From: an uncultured Gammaproteobacteria bacterium
GTDB taxonomy: Bacteria > Patescibacteriota > Patescibacteriia > CAZSQN01
Assembly (NCBI GenBank): GCA_964609095.1
Contig: CAZSQN010000004.1
Coordinates: 14,663-78,281, forward strand
DNA length: 63,619 nucleotides
Direction of reading: 5' to 3'
Shown here piece after piece: positions 1 to 10,140 of this stretch. Every line of letters begins with the position of its first letter. The first letter of the stretch is position 1. Both the position numbers and the translations under genes were made by a program. A model generated the notes under the pieces. It had not been told where the DNA came from. It saw only the letters and a list, made by a program, of their open reading frames with translations, and searched no databases.

Positions 1-47
1 AAATTATGCAAACAAAAAACACGCTCAAGGTCTTGGCGTTGGCCTAC
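1..47. repeat. Exact direct duplicate of 124-170 (last 17 nt of the 5S gene plus 30 nt of its downstream flank)
   Basis: The string aaattatgcaaacaaaaaacacgctcaaggtcttggcgttggcctac occurs at 1-47 and 124-170. The copies bracket a 76-bp insert (48-123) with a ccccgcacc..ggtgcgggg hairpin. Confidence 0.9.
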
Positions 48-153
48 CCCGCACCAGAACAAGTTCGGTGCGGGGCTTCGTTCGCTTCCGCTCACTGCGC
101 TTTCCTTCATACTTTCTACCGATAAATTATGCAAACAAAAAACACGCTCAAGG

Positions 154-273
154 TCTTGGCGTTGGCCTACTTTCCCAGGACCGGGTTGGGTCCAAGTATC
201 ATCAGCGCTGGAGTGCTTAACTTCCGTGTTCGGAAAGGGAACGGGTGTGACCACTCCGCTCGAAACACCAAGA
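154..273 (-). rRNA. rrf: 5S rRNA
   Basis: Reverse complement reads tcttggtg...cccgttccctttccgaacacggaagttaagc...cgccaaga. It is 120 nt with paired termini. Confidence 0.9.
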
Positions 274-325
274 CTCTAAGCGTGTTTGGTTTTATTGCGG
301 TATTTTAAGGAAAAACAATGTAATT

Positions 326-540
326 GCCCAGCACATAAAACATTATGCGCTGAACTTTGTGTTCGTCCATACAAAGTTCACTAAGATTTTGTTTTACAAA
401 ACTTGGATAAATTTTAGTATGGAGAACGGCTTTGCCCAGCACATAAAACATTATGTGCTGGACTACGTGTTCGCCAACGCTTATCCACTAAATTTTGTTT
501 TATAAAACTCAGATGGATTTTAGCATGGAGAACGGCTTTG
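326..540. repeat. Two tandem ~107-bp units in the 23S-5S spacer, each starting with a gcccagcacataaaacattatg.gctg palindrome
   Basis: Units 326-433 and 434-540 align along their full length (both end ..atggagaacggcttt). They share the CAGCACATA/TATGTGCTG motif with elements elsewhere in the window. Confidence 0.85.
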
Positions 541-842
541 TGTTTCAGTGATAAGAAAGCACGACGGATCTATTAGTATGGCTCGGCTCAAACCATTGCT
601 GGCCTTACACCTGCCACCTATCAACCAGATATTCTCTCTGGGATCCATTAGACCTAATCTTGAAGACGGCTTCGCGCTTATATGCTTTCAGCGCTTATCC
701 GTGCCGAACGCTGCTACCGAGCGATGCCCTTGGTAGGACAACTCGTACACAGGAGGTTCGTCCTTCCCGGTCCTCTCGTACTAGGGAAGAGCCTTCTCAA
801 GTCTACGCGCCCACGACAGATAGGAGACCGAACTGTCTCACG

Positions 843-1572
843 CATGTTATTCCATTATTACTAATGGCATGGACTATATCTTCACCCTTTCTCACAGAAA
901 CTTATGAGAGGAGGGGCTGACGTATTATAGTTCTATAAGAACTATCCAGGTTTGATTTCTTATCAAACCTAAGTCTCTACGGGGAAAAGATTTATGTTTT
1001 TCAGAAAACTGATGATAGTTATACTCGTATTTGTCCGTTTTTTTGAATAATTGAATTTTGCCGTTTCATCAACAAGATAACTCAAGCGAATCAATTCCTT
1101 CGGACTCATCTTTTGAGGATGACTATCAATTATGGCTATCATTTTAATAGCCAGAGTTTTCTTTAAACGAAGAAATGGACAAAGAAGCTGTAATGTTTCT
1201 CGTACTTCTTTGAGGCCAACAATTGTATATTCAGTCATTCCGTCCTTTCGGTTGCGGATATAACCGAAGCGCAATTGTTTTTGTAGCCAAGAAAGGATAT
1301 CACGATGAATTGTTTTTTGATAGAACACAACGCTCGTGCGTATTTGGTATCCGTAAATATAATCTTTACGACGTACCAATTGAGCCATTATGCAACCATC
1401 TCCATCGAGAAATCCGGCTATATAAGCCTTATCTTCATTTGACATAAACCTATTCTTCCCTCGGTATTGCCCTCTTGACCAGTTGGTCTATATTTTTGAA
1501 ATCAAGTAGGGTTTCACCGATATTAGTCAGGTTTATTATATCGCATTTCTGCGATAGAACGCAATGTAACTT
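843..1572 (-). mobile_element. Group I-type intron in 23S carrying a LAGLIDADG ORF
   Basis: The conserved exon sequence gggttcagaacgt | cgtgagacagtt is split by 730 nt. The 5' exon ends in U and the insert ends in G. The site lies in the AACGTCGTGAGACAGTT segment targeted by I-CreI-type enzymes. Confidence 0.75.
969..1445 (-). CDS. LAGLIDADG homing endonuclease (single-motif, I-CreI-like size)
   Basis: The 158-aa ORF begins MSNEDKAYIAGFLDGDGCI (LAGLIDADG motif) and lies inside the 23S insert. Confidence 0.9.
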   Translation of the reverse strand: MSNEDKAYIAGFLDGDGCIMAQLVRRKDYIYGYQIRTSVVFYQKTIHRDILSWLQKQLRFGYIRNRKDGMTEYTIVGLKEVRETLQLLCPFLRLKKTLAIKMIAIIDSHPQKMSPKELIRLSYLVDETAKFNYSKKRTNTSITIISFLKNINLFPVET

Positions 1573-1605
<33 letters not shown>

Positions 1606-1885
1606 TGGCGAACAGCCAAACCCTTGGGAGCTTCTTCACCCCCAGGATGCGATGGGCCGACATCGAGGTGCCAAACCTCCTCGTCGATGTGGACTCTTGG
1701 AGGAGATCAGCCTGTTATCCCCGGAGTAGCTTTTGTCCGATGAGCTTCGACCCTCCTATGAGGAGTCGTCGGATCACTAGCTTCCGCTTTCGCGACTGCT
1801 CGACTTGTAGGTCTTGCAGTAAAGCCGGTTTATGCGCTTGCACGTCCCGCTCCGTTTCCATCGGAGCCAAACCGACCTTTGTAAA

Positions 1886-1931
<46 letters not shown>

Positions 1932-2225
1932 ACCAGATACTGTCTCCAAATCCCGATAAGGGACCCAGATAAGAATGAAAGTAACGCAAGGGTGGTGTCT
2001 CATTGGCGTCCCGCATTGCTGCGGAACTCCCACCTACGCTGAACATACGAAACCTTCACCCAATACCAAGTTGTAGTAAAGCTTCACGGGGTCTTTTCGT
2101 CTAGTCGTGGGTAATCCGCATCTTCACGGATCTTGCAATTTCGCCGAGTCCCTCGTTGAGACAGTCGCCGAGTCGTTATGCCATTCGTGCGGGTCGGAAC
2201 TCACCCGACAAGGAATTTCGCTACC

Positions 2226-2819
2226 TTAGGACGATTCTTTTGTGTTAGCTTCTGGTTTCCCAGAAGATCGGACTATATCTTCCGGCCGCTTTTTGCGCGG
2301 TCGCGGTCTAGCGTATAGTCTCTGAGGATTCTCTTTTAGCGATTGATAATAATCGCTAGCTGTATATTTTCTTTTTCTTCCTCTGCCTTCGTTAAGGTTT
2401 TCGCGCAGTGCAATAATATTTTCGAGCCCTTTGGCATTTAGATGCTGATTGGCAGTAACCAGTTCAGCAATCTGCTTGAAGATCGAAAAATTTATTTGTT
2501 TACGCTCTCCGAGGAAACGATACCGTTCAAAGAACGGGATAACCCGCTCTAAGATCGAACGTGGATTGGAAACCACATAGTAATGGATTCCGTCTGGTCG
2601 CGTCTGAAGCCGCCCGCATCCCAAATACCTTTTATAGTATGCCAGGACGCGTCGCTCTTTTTGCGACACATTAAAAGTTAAGACAACTTGCCAGCCCATT
2701 GCATGGTCGTTTCTTTGCCGAAGCGAGACATTGAAACTGCCTTCGCCATCTGCAAAACCGGCTAGATAGTAACCAATGGGTTTGGGAATTTGTTCTAACC
2801 ATGTAAGTTGCTTGCTCAT
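2226..2819 (-). CDS. LAGLIDADG homing endonuclease
   Basis: 197-aa ORF with YYLAGFADGEGSF. Its last codons and stop (..tcgtcctaa) run into the conserved exon sequence gtcctaaggtagcg. Confidence 0.9.
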   Translation of the reverse strand: MSKQLTWLEQIPKPIGYYLAGFADGEGSFNVSLRQRNDHAMGWQVVLTFNVSQKERRVLAYYKRYLGCGRLQTRPDGIHYYVVSNPRSILERVIPFFERYRFLGERKQINFSIFKQIAELVTANQHLNAKGLENIIALRENLNEGRGRKRKYTASDYYQSLKENPQRLYARPRPRKKRPEDIVRSSGKPEANTKESS

Positions 2820-2976
2820 ATTTTTAAGAGTCTTTCCTGCGGATTGTCCGTCACCCCGGTATTATCGGGGATTATTCATCTGATTGTTACTGCTTATTAT
2901 TAAAGCAAGTACAGATGACCTGGACGGAGTTTCCCGCATATAGCTAGATTTTTTTAGATAACTACAATCGTCTGGT
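2233..2976 (-). mobile_element. Second intervening sequence in 23S (intron-like, LAGLIDADG ORF)
   Basis: Exon segments ..ggcgataactataa and gtcctaaggtagcg (I-CeuI-type target region, E. coli ~1917-1931) are separated by ~745 nt. Junctions are uncertain by about 10 nt. Confidence 0.65.
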
Positions 2977-3888
2977 TTATAGTTATCGCCGGCGTTCATC
3001 AGCGCTTAGGTTCAAAGCTGCCTCCCGCATTGCTGCGGGAATGACCTCTCCCCTTAACGTTCTGACACTGGCCAGGCATCAGCCCCTATACATTGCCTTA
3101 CGGCTTCGCAGGGACCTGTGTTTTTGGTAAACAGTCGCTTGGCGTCTTTTGTTGCAACCCCGCTCTTTCCGCACTCCATAGAAAAATTCTTTCGTCTCAT
3201 TGGATTACTACCATTGAGTCGCATAGTAATTCTATGAGGGACAGAAAGAGCGGGGCGGGCCTTATTCCGAAGTTACGGCCGTTGTATTGCCGAGTTCCTA
3301 AACGAGGGTTCTCTCGTACACCTGAGCACACTTATGCCCGTCCACCTGTGTCGGTTTGCGGTACGGTTCCGGTCATGCGTGACCACGAGGTTTTTCTAGA
3401 CTCCACCTTTTTCCGCGTTGTCCGCCTTGCGGCAGACTGCCCGCGCCTTTTTGGTTTATGGCTTTGGGATTTACCTCAAAGCCGCCTTAAAGGCACGGAT
3501 GCATATAACCAAAATACATGCGGAATACGGTAAAGTGTCACCCCTTGGATAACATAATCGGAGTGCAGGAATATTAACCTGCTCTTCCATCGGCTACGCC
3601 TTTCGGCCTCGCCTTAGGATCGACTAACCCTGGGTCGATTTGCGTTGCCCAGGAAACCTTGGACTTGCGGTGGGGATGGTTCTCACATCCCTTTTTGCTA
3701 CTTATGCCAACATTCTCTCTTCCCAACGCTCCAGCGCGGCTTACGCCTTCGCCTTCAGCGCATTGGGAATGCTCTCCTACCAGTCATCCTGATAAATCAG
3801 AATGAATTCTCGTCTTCGGTATTCGGTTTATCCCCGGTTCATTTTCGGCGCGGAATAACTTGACCAGTGAGCTGTTACGCTTTCTTTA

Positions 3889-3926
<38 letters not shown>

Positions 3927-4627
3927 AGTCACTCCACCACCTTTTCAACTTAACCGAAATTTGGGGACCTTAGACGGAGATCTGGGCTGTTTCCCTTTTG
4001 AGCGATGGAGCTTAGCCCCCATGCTCTGACTGCCGGTATATATTCCGGTATTCGGAGTTTGGTTGGGGTAAGTAGGCTTTCGCCACCTCACCCCATTCAG
4101 TGCTCTACCCCCGGAATACTAAAACCGACGCTAGCCCTCAAGCTATTTCGGAGAGAACCAGCTATTACCCAGTTCGATTGGAATTTCTCCGCTATCCACA
4201 GCTCATCCCAAAGTGTTGCACGGCTCACGGGTTCGGACCTCCTCCCGCATTTCTGCGGGACTCATCCTGGCCATGGATAGATCACCGGGTTTCGGGTCTT
4301 GTGAATGCCGCTGGTCCTTGAAATATCAACGTCTCAAAAATTCAAGACGTCAATATTTCAAGGAAATCGCCGGTTAGGACTCGGTTTCCCTGTGCCTTCG
4401 TCCGGTTTGGACTTAGACTTGCGACATCCAACAAACTCGTTGGCTCATTCTTCAATAGGAACGCCATAACCGCTGCTTCGCAGCGGAAATCCGAAATCCC
4501 AAATCCGAAATCCGAATATGTTTCGGGTTTCGTGCTTCGAGTTTCGATATTCCCGGTGCGAAGCACCGGCGTTGACTCCTTGTAAGCATATGGTTTCAGA
4601 TACTATTTCATCGCCCTCACCGGGCTG

Positions 4628-4664
<37 letters not shown>

Positions 4665-5585
4665 ATCGTGGAGAGTATTTAGTCTTGGGACATAGTCGTC
4701 CCGGCTTCCCACAGGGTTTCACGTGACCCATGGTACTTGAGTAAACTGACCGTAGAAGCATAACCCCTTTCGCGTACGGGACTATCACCCGCTCTGGTAG
4801 GCCTTTCCAGGCCTTTCTGCTAGGGAAGTTATTTCCGCCGAAGCGGATTCTTCTACCTCGACTTTATAGGTGCCGAACGCCAATCGCTCGCAACACCCTC
4901 GCGCGCCATAGGGCCTATAACCTTTCTAACGCTTCCGTCCCGCATTGCTGCGGGACTTCCGCGAAAGAAACGCGCAAGAGTTTAGACTGTTCCCCGTTCG
5001 TTCGCCACTACTAAGGGAATACAGCAAACCAATAATCACTCATCCCGTAATTCGCGGGATGGGTGATTAAGATTTGCCATGTTTTTTTCTTTTCCTCTGG
5101 TTACTGAGATGTTTCACTTCACCAGGTGCCTTTCCTGACACTATGTGTTCATATCAGGATAGCCCGATCTTCCATCGGACTGGGTTTCCCCATTCGGAAA
5201 TCCCCGGATCAAAGCTTGCTTGGGAGCTCCCCGAGGCTTATCGCACCCTGCAACGTCCTTCATCAGCTCTCCATGTCGAGGCATCCACCATATGCTCTTA
5301 TGTGTGCTCTCGATCACTGAAACACAAAGACGTCCTCTGTGTTCAGAATTTATATTTTCCCGTTTAGAAGGTTTAGGACTTTTAAACGGGTTGCTAATTG
5401 CATTGTTTTTCCCACTTATGAAGTTAGTTAATAATTCTTGTCAGAATTTTTAGCTAACCTGTTTGTCAAAGTCCGGGCCTTGCTGCTCCTGGGCTTTGAT
5501 ATCCGATTTCCGAGAATCAGAGGCCAAAGGCATGAGCATTACTATGAATTTTGATTTAAAAAACCGCTTGGGACCAAGCGGACTA

Positions 5586-5614
5586 ACAGTACAAAAACCT
5601 TGCGAGTTTGTCAA
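5586..5614 (-). promoter_or_regulatory. Candidate sigma70-type promoter upstream of 23S
   Basis: Minus strand reads TTGACA-aactcgcaaggtttttg(17)-TACTGT, ~270 nt upstream of the 23S 5' end. Confidence 0.3.
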
Positions 5615-5650
5615 CCGCTTAGCTTATTAATAATAAGTGGTTTTTGCATA

Positions 5651-5753
5651 CCGGGTAGTAGAAATTTATTTAGCTGATTTTATCCCATTGACCAGTTAGT
5701 GAATCTTATAGACTCCGCCTTATTTGGGCAAGAGCCAAATTTTCACTACCCGG
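5651..5753. repeat. GGTAGTAGA..TCACTACC family element (long form)
   Basis: ccgggtagtagaaattt ... aaattttcactacccgg inverted termini around a ~70-bp interior. Confidence 0.75.
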
Positions 5754-5809
5754 CATATATCCTGGGGATAAATACGATTAAATATATTATATAGGAAGGC
5801 GGTAAATGT

Positions 5810-5935
5810 GTCAAGCCCAGCACATAACGGCAGTAATCTAATCTATTTTGTGTCGCAATTGGCCTAAAATACACCCCATTTTCAGTTTTGGGTAGATTTT
5901 AATTTAAGAATTATGTGCTGGGTCAAGCCCCGCCC
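5810..5935. repeat. CAGCACATA..TATGTGCTG family MITE-like element
   Basis: gtcaagcccagcacataa ... ttatgtgctgggtcaagccccgccc. GTCAAG occurs in direct orientation at both ends. Confidence 0.8.
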
Positions 5936-6114
5936 GTTTTATAAAAAAGACCCCTATTTTAGGGGCCGGAAAGGGCTATTTTATTATGATGCTCGTAATA
6001 CCCTGCTCTAAGCCACGGGGATGAAGAGCAAGCTGTAAATATTGTCGGCGGAGCCGACACCTTGCATAAAAAATCCGCCCAGATTGCCTGCGCCTTGGCG
6101 CAGGGACGGGTTTA

Positions 6115-6978
6115 TTATGATGGGATTTTATACTCTTTTCCGTTTATTCTAGTTAATAAATCTCCATCAGGATCTATCTCAATGGCAATACCTGCCCCAT
6201 AATCAACTCCTAGAGGAACTTTTTTATCGACACCTAAGATTTCTTGTTTAACATAAGGACTGATTGTATCGTAGTGCGTAGCCGCCCAAATAATCAACCT
6301 TTTTTCAGGATGCTTTTTATGATACATTCTGCTATAGCGATCTAAGACTTCCACCATAAATTTCAAACGGTTAGCTATTTCTCCGGGTCCCTCAGCTTTC
6401 ATCGCTTCTCTGGTTTCCTTCTCGACATCTTCTTCGAAAGCAATCCAGAAATCTTTACCCAAATCACCGTATTTATCTCTCAAGAATTGAACAAATTCCG
6501 GTGAATCGTCAAACATTTGTGGCTCCCGAAGTTTTGGAGCGGGTCTAGTCTTTCCTTCTCCAGCATACTTTTTAGATTTATTCAAAAGCTGATTTTCACT
6601 TAGCCCAAATGCGGTAAGCTCTTCTTTAATAGCTCGCATGACCATATCCGCAGTTTCCATTGACCGTCGACCGCCCTTTCTATACTGCGTGTCGCTTGCG
6701 ATAACTAGAATATCTACGTCTCCTCTTTCTTGTTCCGGAATGTTTGTGAATAAAATTTTGAAAAAATCTTTACTTGATTTATATATATCTTCCCCGCCCT
6801 CCGGTGTTAGACTGCCCGCATTCGGACTATCAATAGAGCGTTCATATTTACCGTGTCTTTGTAAGACAATTTCTGTTCCGCCGATTTCAATAGGCAGGGC
6901 TTCTATATCGCTCTTTTCAATCATTTTAGGCAGAGATTCTACGTCGCCATTAAACATTTTTGGGATTTCAGTACTCAT
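6115..6978 (-). CDS. Histidine phosphatase superfamily protein (phosphoglycerate-mutase-like)
   Basis: 287 aa. IVLQRHGKYE matches the RHG catalytic motif, with a later WAATHYDT histidine. Confidence 0.6.
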   Translation of the reverse strand: MSTEIPKMFNGDVESLPKMIEKSDIEALPIEIGGTEIVLQRHGKYERSIDSPNAGSLTPEGGEDIYKSSKDFFKILFTNIPEQERGDVDILVIASDTQYRKGGRRSMETADMVMRAIKEELTAFGLSENQLLNKSKKYAGEGKTRPAPKLREPQMFDDSPEFVQFLRDKYGDLGKDFWIAFEEDVEKETREAMKAEGPGEIANRLKFMVEVLDRYSRMYHKKHPEKRLIIWAATHYDTISPYVKQEILGVDKKVPLGVDYGAGIAIEIDPDGDLLTRINGKEYKIPS

Positions 6979-6983
6979 AAAAT

Positions 6984-7559
6984 TTATCTTATTTTATTTG
7001 CTAAAAATTTTGTAGCTTCCTCGACTGACTTAAAACTTGGCACCCCCTGCTTTTTCCATTTCGAAATCCAATTTCTATGGGCTTTAACTTGATTTAGTTT
7101 ACCACTCGTTGCGCCCCCATCATAATTAGTTGTTTCTCTGATTTTAATAAACTTTTTGTGCGTTTTCCAGTTGGGAATAACGATAGCATCAGGTTTCAAC
7201 CAGTAATTTGATGCGCCGATAATCCAGAAACCTAATTTTTTGGCTTCCGCCGTAATTATATCACTGCGTTGATCAATTTCGTTTATCACCTCGATAGGAT
7301 CAAGCCACCATTGACTATTTGGGTGAGCTTTGGCAGACATCCAAAGATGATCCCCATCGACCCAATGTGGTTTTATTTGCTTTTTCACATAATGTGTTTT
7401 ACCCGTACCAGATGGCGCTAGGATGAAGTACCCTACTTTATGGGTTATATATTTCTTTTTCAGCTTATTATATATAGATGTGCCGTCTGAAAAAACTAAA
7501 GGCATATCCGGACCCAAAAGATTATATGCATTCGTTTGGGATTTATTTTTCATAATCAT
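6984..7559 (-). CDS. P-loop NTPase/kinase-like protein
   Basis: 191 aa with Walker A LAPSGTGKTH. Sits 5 nt upstream of the preceding ORF. Confidence 0.6.
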   Translation of the reverse strand: MIMKNKSQTNAYNLLGPDMPLVFSDGTSIYNKLKKKYITHKVGYFILAPSGTGKTHYVKKQIKPHWVDGDHLWMSAKAHPNSQWWLDPIEVINEIDQRSDIITAEAKKLGFWIIGASNYWLKPDAIVIPNWKTHKKFIKIRETTNYDGGATSGKLNQVKAHRNWISKWKKQGVPSFKSVEEATKFLANKIR

Positions 7560-7752
7560 GAAATTATTATACCACCGATGTTTAGTTTAGAAAAAGCCAT
7601 TCTATCCGCTTATGCTCATATTCACTTATGATGAGCTATTATCTGGATTATAGTATTGGGCTCTATCCTGCCATCCATTCATATAACGCAAAGTTGGCGG
7701 GATCATTACATCGAGTAATGAAAAGACCCCTATTTTAGGGGTCGGAAAGGGC

Positions 7753-8442
7753 TTATTTTGCTGATTTTCCTCTGGTGGAGCGCATGCGGTCTTCTGCCAG
7801 CGCGGCCTCTTCTCTGGCTTGTACCCAGCTTTGCTCCGGTTCTTTGGGTGGCAGGAAATCATTTTCGTCTACATCTTTGTAGGCGCTGTCGGCGACCTTT
7901 TGGAAAAGCGCCTTCATGGCATTGAAGATGTTCTTGAAAAGACGTTTGACCGGATCATTCAGGATGGTCCAGACCAAAGACCATGGCCAGTAAATCATCC
8001 AGGTGAGAATCCGGCCTTTATTTTCGCGTACCTGCGGTTTCGCGTATCTGGCATAAGATGGCCTGCGCGCATTCCAGTCAGCTTTCAATCTGTCCGGAAC
8101 CGGTCCTTTTTCGGATTCGCCGTTATTTTTTAGAAATTCGGCTTTGACCTCGTTGTATTTTCTGAGTTGCCGGCGGACATAGAACCACCACTTGGCGAGC
8201 GACCAGAGGGCGCCAACGGCAAAGTATCCGGCTCCGAGACCAAGCGCGAGAAGCGGGTTCTCGGCGGCGAGCGCAAAGACGTTCACATTTCCAAAGAGCC
8301 AAAGGGCAAATCCCGTGACAATGAGCGAGAGCGTCGCTAAGCCGGGCTTTTCGTACTCAACCGCGGCGATGAGCAGAAGGAAAACGATGCCTGCGAAAAT
8401 CCAGAACCCCAAAGTGCCGAGAGCAAGGAAAGTAGCCCACAT
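7753..8442 (-). CDS. Membrane protein, unknown function
   Basis: 229 aa with several N-terminal hydrophobic helices and a GGAGGTG SD 5 nt upstream of the ATG. Confidence 0.65.
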   Translation of the reverse strand: MWATFLALGTLGFWIFAGIVFLLLIAAVEYEKPGLATLSLIVTGFALWLFGNVNVFALAAENPLLALGLGAGYFAVGALWSLAKWWFYVRRQLRKYNEVKAEFLKNNGESEKGPVPDRLKADWNARRPSYARYAKPQVRENKGRILTWMIYWPWSLVWTILNDPVKRLFKNIFNAMKALFQKVADSAYKDVDENDFLPPKEPEQSWVQAREEAALAEDRMRSTRGKSAK

Positions 8443-8515
8443 GGTTCACCTCCAAGCAACCCGAAATGAGTTGCGGAGTTAATTTACAGCAAATGGGGGT
8501 GGGTGTCAATTTTGA

Positions 8516-9316
8516 CTATATTTTGTCTAGGTTTTCTAAAGTGGCTTTTATGCCATAACGGAGCACATCAGATTTTGCTCCGTTTTTTTGTTCATCGCCT
8601 TGCATGACTTTGTAAATAAGTTCGCTCAAATCTTTTAAACTTATTTCTGTTCCGCGGATGTCATTAACAAAAGACGCATTTTCGGCGGTTAGGGCTTCTA
8701 TCATCTTTTTAGCTGTTTCATCGGCTAAGATTAACTCAATTTTGTTTTCACCATCAGTAATGTCGATTTTCTTTCCGTCCAAAGCCTGCCTACACCATCT
8801 TGGCACGAGCCGAGGAATTCTCTCTAAATCCGTATCGTAGCCTCCGAAAACAACCGGCACTCTGATGACGCCGGTATTCAACCCTTCTTTTTGAAGCTCA
8901 TAGAGTTTGGCTTCAAAATCCATTTTTTGTTTTTCATAAAGATTTTGCGGTGAGAATTCGGATATATTTTCGGGTTCTAATCCGAAAAGTTCGCGCGAAC
9001 TGACCATTATCAAACGCGCGCGCGATTTTTTGGCCAGAGACACGGCGTGTTCAAATGTCTGATAATTTTTAAGATTAGTTTCAGGACTGTCTTCTAACCG
9101 CTTCGCGCTCGGTTCAGTAGTCAGAAAAAGAATGTCGGTTATTCCCTCATTGGCATTAATTTCATAATTTAAAAAATCTGTTAAAACATCGGTAAAAGAA
9201 GCATCCCATTCATTTGGGCGCTGATCGATGCCGATTGTTTTTATAGACAAATCACGGCTGGCCGTTATTACGGCTGTGCCTATTTGTCCGCTAGAACCAA
9301 TGGTCAATAATTTCAT
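8516..9316 (-). CDS. NAD-dependent epimerase/dehydratase (extended SDR)
   Basis: 266 aa. N-terminal IGSSGQIG Rossmann motif and a YEKQK (YxxxK) motif. Confidence 0.7.
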   Translation of the reverse strand: MKLLTIGSSGQIGTAVITASRDLSIKTIGIDQRPNEWDASFTDVLTDFLNYEINANEGITDILFLTTEPSAKRLEDSPETNLKNYQTFEHAVSLAKKSRARLIMVSSRELFGLEPENISEFSPQNLYEKQKMDFEAKLYELQKEGLNTGVIRVPVVFGGYDTDLERIPRLVPRWCRQALDGKKIDITDGENKIELILADETAKKMIEALTAENASFVNDIRGTEISLKDLSELIYKVMQGDEQKNGAKSDVLRYGIKATLENLDKI

Positions 9317-9461
9317 ATTGAAACTTATTATACTTCAAAAATCGCGTTTAGTCCAGATGGTTTAAAATAAAAAAGCCCGAGGTTATCGGGCGTTTTGGTT
9401 CCTGTGTTCGCGGAGAAAGTTTTCCGTCGCGTTCCGCTGGCAGTCATTGTGAATGCCGCGT

Positions 9462-10094
9462 TCATTTTTTCTTTTCTCCCACGAGTTCCATCCCTATTCT
9501 GTATTTGGAGCGCATATTCAGTTTAAGATTATAGCGCGGCGCAAGGACGCGGCCGACCGTTTCGGAAACCCCCGGAATTTTATCGTATCTTTCTTCAATT
9601 TCCAAATCCAGCCGTTCAACTGCTCCATTCGGGCCGGCATAAACGACATAGCCAAAAACGACTTCGCAGGTGTTAATGGTTACCGCGTATAACATTTTGT
9701 AAACGCGGAGTGTTGGACGCACGGGACGATAGCCGGTTGCCTCATTTAAAGCGTCCATGGCAGCCGAAGGATAGGCAATATCCAGCGCGGCAAGCGCGTC
9801 TTTCGCCTTCAGGCAATCGGTAATCTCAATTCTTTCTTTGGGGTCGCCGGTTTCTTCCTTAAAAGAAATTCGCGTCTCTCTCGCGGATTTGCCGCCCATG
9901 CGGAAGCATCTGCCGGCGCGCAAAAGCGCCAGATCGTCAGTGTCATAATAAGTGTCGTTTCTGTTAAACGGGCCGTAAAACCAGGCGGCTTTGAGACCGG
10001 GGAAATGCAGCGCTCGAGCGTCGCTTATGAGGCGGTTGAGCTCGGCTTCGGACGGGACGATGTATTTAAGTTCTATTTCGCGGCCTTTGGGCAT
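9462..10094 (-). CDS. CYTH-domain protein (CyaB/thiamine-triphosphatase-like)
   Basis: 210 aa. N-terminal EIELKY matches the ExExK signature. Confidence 0.65.
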   Translation of the reverse strand: MPKGREIELKYIVPSEAELNRLISDARALHFPGLKAAWFYGPFNRNDTYYDTDDLALLRAGRCFRMGGKSARETRISFKEETGDPKERIEITDCLKAKDALAALDIAYPSAAMDALNEATGYRPVRPTLRVYKMLYAVTINTCEVVFGYVVYAGPNGAVERLDLEIEERYDKIPGVSETVGRVLAPRYNLKLNMRSKYRIGMELVGEKKK

Positions 10095-10140
10095 TTGTCT
10101 CTCCTTTGGTTTGTAAATGAACTTTTTATCCTCCTAAATT

